From positions 1 through 64,000 of the IMG/VR virus record IMGVR_UViG_3300012983_000035: DNA of 64,000 nt; one strand, given 5' to 3'. This document shows, piece by piece, positions 60,228-64,000 of the stretch; position 1 is the stretch's first letter; every line of letters begins with the position of its first letter. Made by a program: the position numbers and the translations under genes. Below the pieces are notes generated by a model, which was given only the letters and a program-made list of their open reading frames with translations, did not search any database and was not told the origin of the DNA. This DNA is from a virus. Its lineage: Duplodnaviria; Caudoviricetes.

Positions 60228-61787
60228 ATGGTTAATGGAACTATAGGAAGTAAATTGATGAATCGCCTTTTTAAAATGGGTGATCCTTTGGGAGGAGATA
60301 ATGAGTTTATCCAATTCCCAGCTATACCGACAAAATATACTGTGTATAATGTATATTCTGGAACAATGGTAGAAGGCGTAAATGGAATGCCAGTTTTAAA
60401 TGGTGGTCTGTTTGCACGATTATGCAATATTATCGGTGAATCTGGGTGTGGTAAAACTTCTGTTTTGATTGGTAAAGTTACATCATCTGTTGATTATATT
60501 TGGAACAGATTTGGTCCAGGATATTCAGAAATATTTTACTGTGATCCTGAGAATAATACTCCTCCAAACCGTTTTATGAGTTTGGCTAGATGGTCTCCAG
60601 CAGATTTTATGAATAAATGTAATTATTCTAATAAACCTATTTCGTTGGTAGAACTAGCTAATATGATTTTAAAGATATATAATATTAAAACTACATGTAA
60701 GAAAGATTATCTTTTGCCATCTGGATTACGTGATGTTGATGGTAGAGAAATCATGTTCTTGGCACCAACTTACATCTGTATAGACTCAGTTGCACAGGTA
60801 AATCCAAATGGTGTAGAAGATCTATTACAGTTGGATAAGGCAGGGGAAGTTAAAGATAACGATAAACTTGGTTCCAATATGGAAGCTGCATTAGATGCTA
60901 AAGCTTGGACTATCTTCGTTAGAAAAATTAAACCTTACCTTGATGGTGCAAATATTGGTCTTTATTGTATCAATCATAAAACAAAAGAAATGAAAGTAGG
61001 AATGTTTGATAAAGAAACTCGATATCTTCCGTTCTTAGGTATGGGTGAGAAGATTAAAGGTGGAAAAGAATTTATTTATCAGTCATTCAATATCTTTGAT
61101 CTATCGTCTGGTGAAAAACTTAATGATAGAAACCCAATATATGGTCCAGATGTAAACGGATTCGTAGCAAATGCTTCTTTTGTTAAAAATAAATATAATA
61201 TCGAAGGAGCAAAATTCCCTATGGTATTTGACATGTCAAGAGGCTATATGCCAGAATTATCTGACATGGAATATTTGTGGCAGAAGAAGTTCGGAATCCA
61301 AGGTTCAGTTAAACTAGCTTTGGACGTTTTACCTGAGATCCAGTTTACTAGACGTACACTTCTTGAAACTATTGAGGAATATCCTCAGTTGGCAAGAGCA
61401 TTAGCATTTACTGCTAAATATCGAGCAACCCAAGAAATGATTTATGGTAATAAAAACATTTTACCATTGACTGAGCTTGGAACAAATGTTCCGCTTGAAC
61501 AGCGTTTAGCTATGATTTATGCTTATACTGAATCATATTCGCCAAAAGACGATGTTGGAGAAATGTATACAAATTTCTCACAACTGGCAAATGAAAATAA
61601 ACATTATTTCTGTTTCAATTTGCATGATGGATATTATAACAACAATATTATTTCTGAACCAAACGTTAAGGTCATCAGTAATGGATACACACCTATTATT
61701 GGTAAAGGTGTTACACCTTTTGATAATGATGCTGAAAAAGTAGTTGGTTCAAAATATGTTATAGCTAATGAATATATAACTGCGTAA
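60228..61787 (+). CDS. RecA/UvsX-like recombinase
   Basis: Walker A GESGCGKT, CDPE, Walker B ICIDSVA, INH, KGGKE, KNK. Confidence 0.85.
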   Translation: MVNGTIGSKLMNRLFKMGDPLGGDNEFIQFPAIPTKYTVYNVYSGTMVEGVNGMPVLNGGLFARLCNIIGESGCGKTSVLIGKVTSSVDYIWNRFGPGYSEIFYCDPENNTPPNRFMSLARWSPADFMNKCNYSNKPISLVELANMILKIYNIKTTCKKDYLLPSGLRDVDGREIMFLAPTYICIDSVAQVNPNGVEDLLQLDKAGEVKDNDKLGSNMEAALDAKAWTIFVRKIKPYLDGANIGLYCINHKTKEMKVGMFDKETRYLPFLGMGEKIKGGKEFIYQSFNIFDLSSGEKLNDRNPIYGPDVNGFVANASFVKNKYNIEGAKFPMVFDMSRGYMPELSDMEYLWQKKFGIQGSVKLALDVLPEIQFTRRTLLETIEEYPQLARALAFTAKYRATQEMIYGNKNILPLTELGTNVPLEQRLAMIYAYTESYSPKDDVGEMYTNFSQLANENKHYFCFNLHDGYYNNNIISEPNVKVISNGYTPIIGKGVTPFDNDAEKVVGSKYVIANEYITA

Positions 61788-61856
61788 ATTTGAAATTGAA
61801 ATATAATATGTACCTTGGATAAAACCAAGGTACATATTTTTATAGGAGGAACAACT

Positions 61857-62027
61857 ATGGATGAAATTTATTGTGAACCTGATTTTGATAAAGCAAATGA
61901 AACGATAGCTGAAATTAGAGAAAGTATGTTGACTGATGAAGATAGAAAACGAATAGAGGAAAAACGAAACACATTTCTACAATCTTTAACAGATGATGAT
62001 CTTAGAGATATGGGTAACAATTATTAA
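61857..62027 (+). CDS. Small acidic hypothetical protein
   Basis: ATG after AGGAGG; 56 aa. Confidence 0.6.
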   Translation: MDEIYCEPDFDKANETIAEIRESMLTDEDRKRIEEKRNTFLQSLTDDDLRDMGNNY

Positions 62028-62110
62028 AAATCTATTATCTCTTTTACATTAAAATAGCCAATTTTATATTTAGATATATATTATTTAGATGAATAATATG
62101 GAGGTAATTC

Positions 62111-64000
62111 ATGGTAACACAGCAACAACTTGAGGAGATTAATGCTGAGTATCCTAACGAAGATGCGTATAAAATAATGGGAGGGTTAAACTTATCTTTA
62201 CCACAGTTTCTTTCTGGAAACAGAGGAGTAATGGCAAATCAATTCTTTGAACACATGATCCCTTTAATTAATCCAGAAATAAACACGATGCCTACTGGTT
62301 TTGAAAAAGTGTATGGAAAATATACCGATTCATACAAGACAGCTGACGCTGATTACAAAGTATTAGCTGTTGTTCCAAAATTTTCTATAACTGGTAGATT
62401 CAAATATGTATATCTTTTGCAAAATATTTTGACAAAAGTTTATACTATTGTTGAAATGTCACACTACGAGTGTCTATCAGAAGATCAAGGATATCTTAGA
62501 CCATACACATCTGGTGACAATTATGTGCCAGGAGACACAATTAAGAAAGGTTCACTTCTTTATAAGAGCAATAATCATGATGAATATGGAAACTATAGAT
62601 ACGGGTTAAACTTAAATGCTTGTTTCATTTCATTGGCAGAAAATGAAGAAGATTCTATCATTATTTCTGATGAATGTTATGAAAGAGCATCGTTCTATAA
62701 TTTCAAACAAACTCCTATAGTTTTGAATAAGAATCAGAAATTGCTTAATTTATATGGTGATGATAAGTTTTACAAGTGTTTTCCTGATATTGGTGAACAC
62801 GTTAAAGACGGTATTCTTTATGCTAAAAGAAACGTCAATTATGACAATGCTGCTGCTGAATTAACTGACGCAGCATTAAGAAGAATAGTTTCATCCGATG
62901 AAGTGTGTAGAGGCGAAGGATATGTGGCCGATATAGATATCTTTATCAATGATGTTTCTGAGTTCGAAGATAGCGGATGTAATACCCAGTTATTGAAATA
63001 TTATTCCGCTTCTATGGAATATCATCAGAAAATATTTAATTTGTTAGATCCTATTGTAAATGCTAAAACGAACAATCATGTTCAATATACTCATGAATTA
63101 AGAGTAGCATACGATCATGCTGTAGTTTATCTTGATAAAAATCAAAATAGAAAATGGATAAACAACTCCAATTCAGAGTTTGAATTTGCATATATTGTTA
63201 TAACTACTTACGAAAAGAAAAGTGCATTCAATGGATTTAAGATGACAGACTTGTTCGGTGGAAAAGGTGTAGTATCTTGTATTTGGCCTAAGGAAAATAT
63301 GCCTAGAGACGAATACGGAAATGTTGCAGATATTATTCTATCTCCACCAGGTGTACCTGGTCGTGGAAATCCAGGTCAGTTATACATGTGTGAATATAAC
63401 TTTATTTCTGGTGAAGTATGTAAGAGAATTCAAAAACTTCCAACACTCCAACAGAAAATCAGCCTTTTAATAGAATTTGCCAATGATGTTAATCCTGAAG
63501 AAGGAGAGGCATTATACGCATTCTTATCACAAAAGACCGATGAAGAAAAGATGTATTTCTTTGAAGATATGTATAAGACTGGTCTGTTGGCTATTGAAAA
63601 GCCTTTTGGAGGAACAATTTCTCTTGAAAATCTAGATTATCTTTATACGAAATATAAAGTTAAACCTGGTAAAATCACAATGAAGAGAGAATTTAAAGAT
63701 CCTTTCACAGGTTTGAAAATAGATAATATGGATGCACCTGCTATAACAGGATCAATTTCTGGAAGTAGTAAAGAATTCTTAAAACCTATATCAGACGTAC
63801 TTGATAAAGGAGCTACACCTTATGACACAAATAAGAAAGAAAAATATGTGTTTAAGGAAAACGGTTTAGCACCTATGATGACCCAAGATGGTAGAATTGA
63901 ATATACTACTATTAATAATGAACGGGCAAATCTTGTACCAGTTAAAGCTGAAATAAATAAAGATGGATTCTTGGTTAGAACCTATCAAAGTGAGAAAAAT
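62111..64000 (+). CDS. RNA polymerase beta-like subunit, C-terminal half (non-virion type), truncated by the window end
   Basis: SGNRGVMANQ, YRYGLN, EEDSIIIS, GFKMTDLFGGKGVV, MPRD, GRGNPGQLY; GGAGG RBS; TATATT-N7-TG at 62077. Confidence 0.88.
   Translation, partial: MVTQQQLEEINAEYPNEDAYKIMGGLNLSLPQFLSGNRGVMANQFFEHMIPLINPEINTMPTGFEKVYGKYTDSYKTADADYKVLAVVPKFSITGRFKYVYLLQNILTKVYTIVEMSHYECLSEDQGYLRPYTSGDNYVPGDTIKKGSLLYKSNNHDEYGNYRYGLNLNACFISLAENEEDSIIISDECYERASFYNFKQTPIVLNKNQKLLNLYGDDKFYKCFPDIGEHVKDGILYAKRNVNYDNAAAELTDAALRRIVSSDEVCRGEGYVADIDIFINDVSEFEDSGCNTQLLKYYSASMEYHQKIFNLLDPIVNAKTNNHVQYTHELRVAYDHAVVYLDKNQNRKWINNSNSEFEFAYIVITTYEKKSAFNGFKMTDLFGGKGVVSCIWPKENMPRDEYGNVADIILSPPGVPGRGNPGQLYMCEYNFISGEVCKRIQKLPTLQQKISLLIEFANDVNPEEGEALYAFLSQKTDEEKMYFFEDMYKTGLLAIEKPFGGTISLENLDYLYTKYKVKPGKITMKREFKDPFTGLKIDNMDAPAITGSISGSSKEFLKPISDVLDKGATPYDTNKKEKYVFKENGLAPMMTQDGRIEYTTINNERANLVPVKAEINKDGFLVRTYQSEKN

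Overview
AT-rich 64-kb segment of a jumbo phage of the phiKZ/AR9(PBS1)-like type. It carries split multisubunit RNA polymerase subunits from two sets (a virion-type beta; non-virion-type beta-N, beta-C and beta'), the N-terminal half of a split family-B DNA polymerase, SbcD/Mre11, RecA/UvsX, dTMP kinase, probable virion/baseplate proteins, nrdG, and an nrdD interrupted by four group I introns, one with an HNH homing endonuclease. Two phage promoter motifs recur: TATATT-N7-TG and (A/G)AC(A/T)-N6-TG. The most unusual signals are non-genic. (1) Three dispersed Cys-rich in-frame cassettes lack a credible start, share a near-identical 5' arm (and a 3' arm in the two complete copies), and each sits directly behind an intrinsic terminator, suggesting a silent-donor cassette diversification system. 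(2) An orphan dual-repeat/dual-spacer array of ~37-nt period resembles a TIGR guide array. (3) A promoter-driven structured ncRNA has an anti-SD-like C-rich loop and an aberrant tRNA-like module. Two adjacent proteins also share identical Met/Gly-rich low-complexity repeats. All family assignments come from motif recognition by eye; no searches were run.
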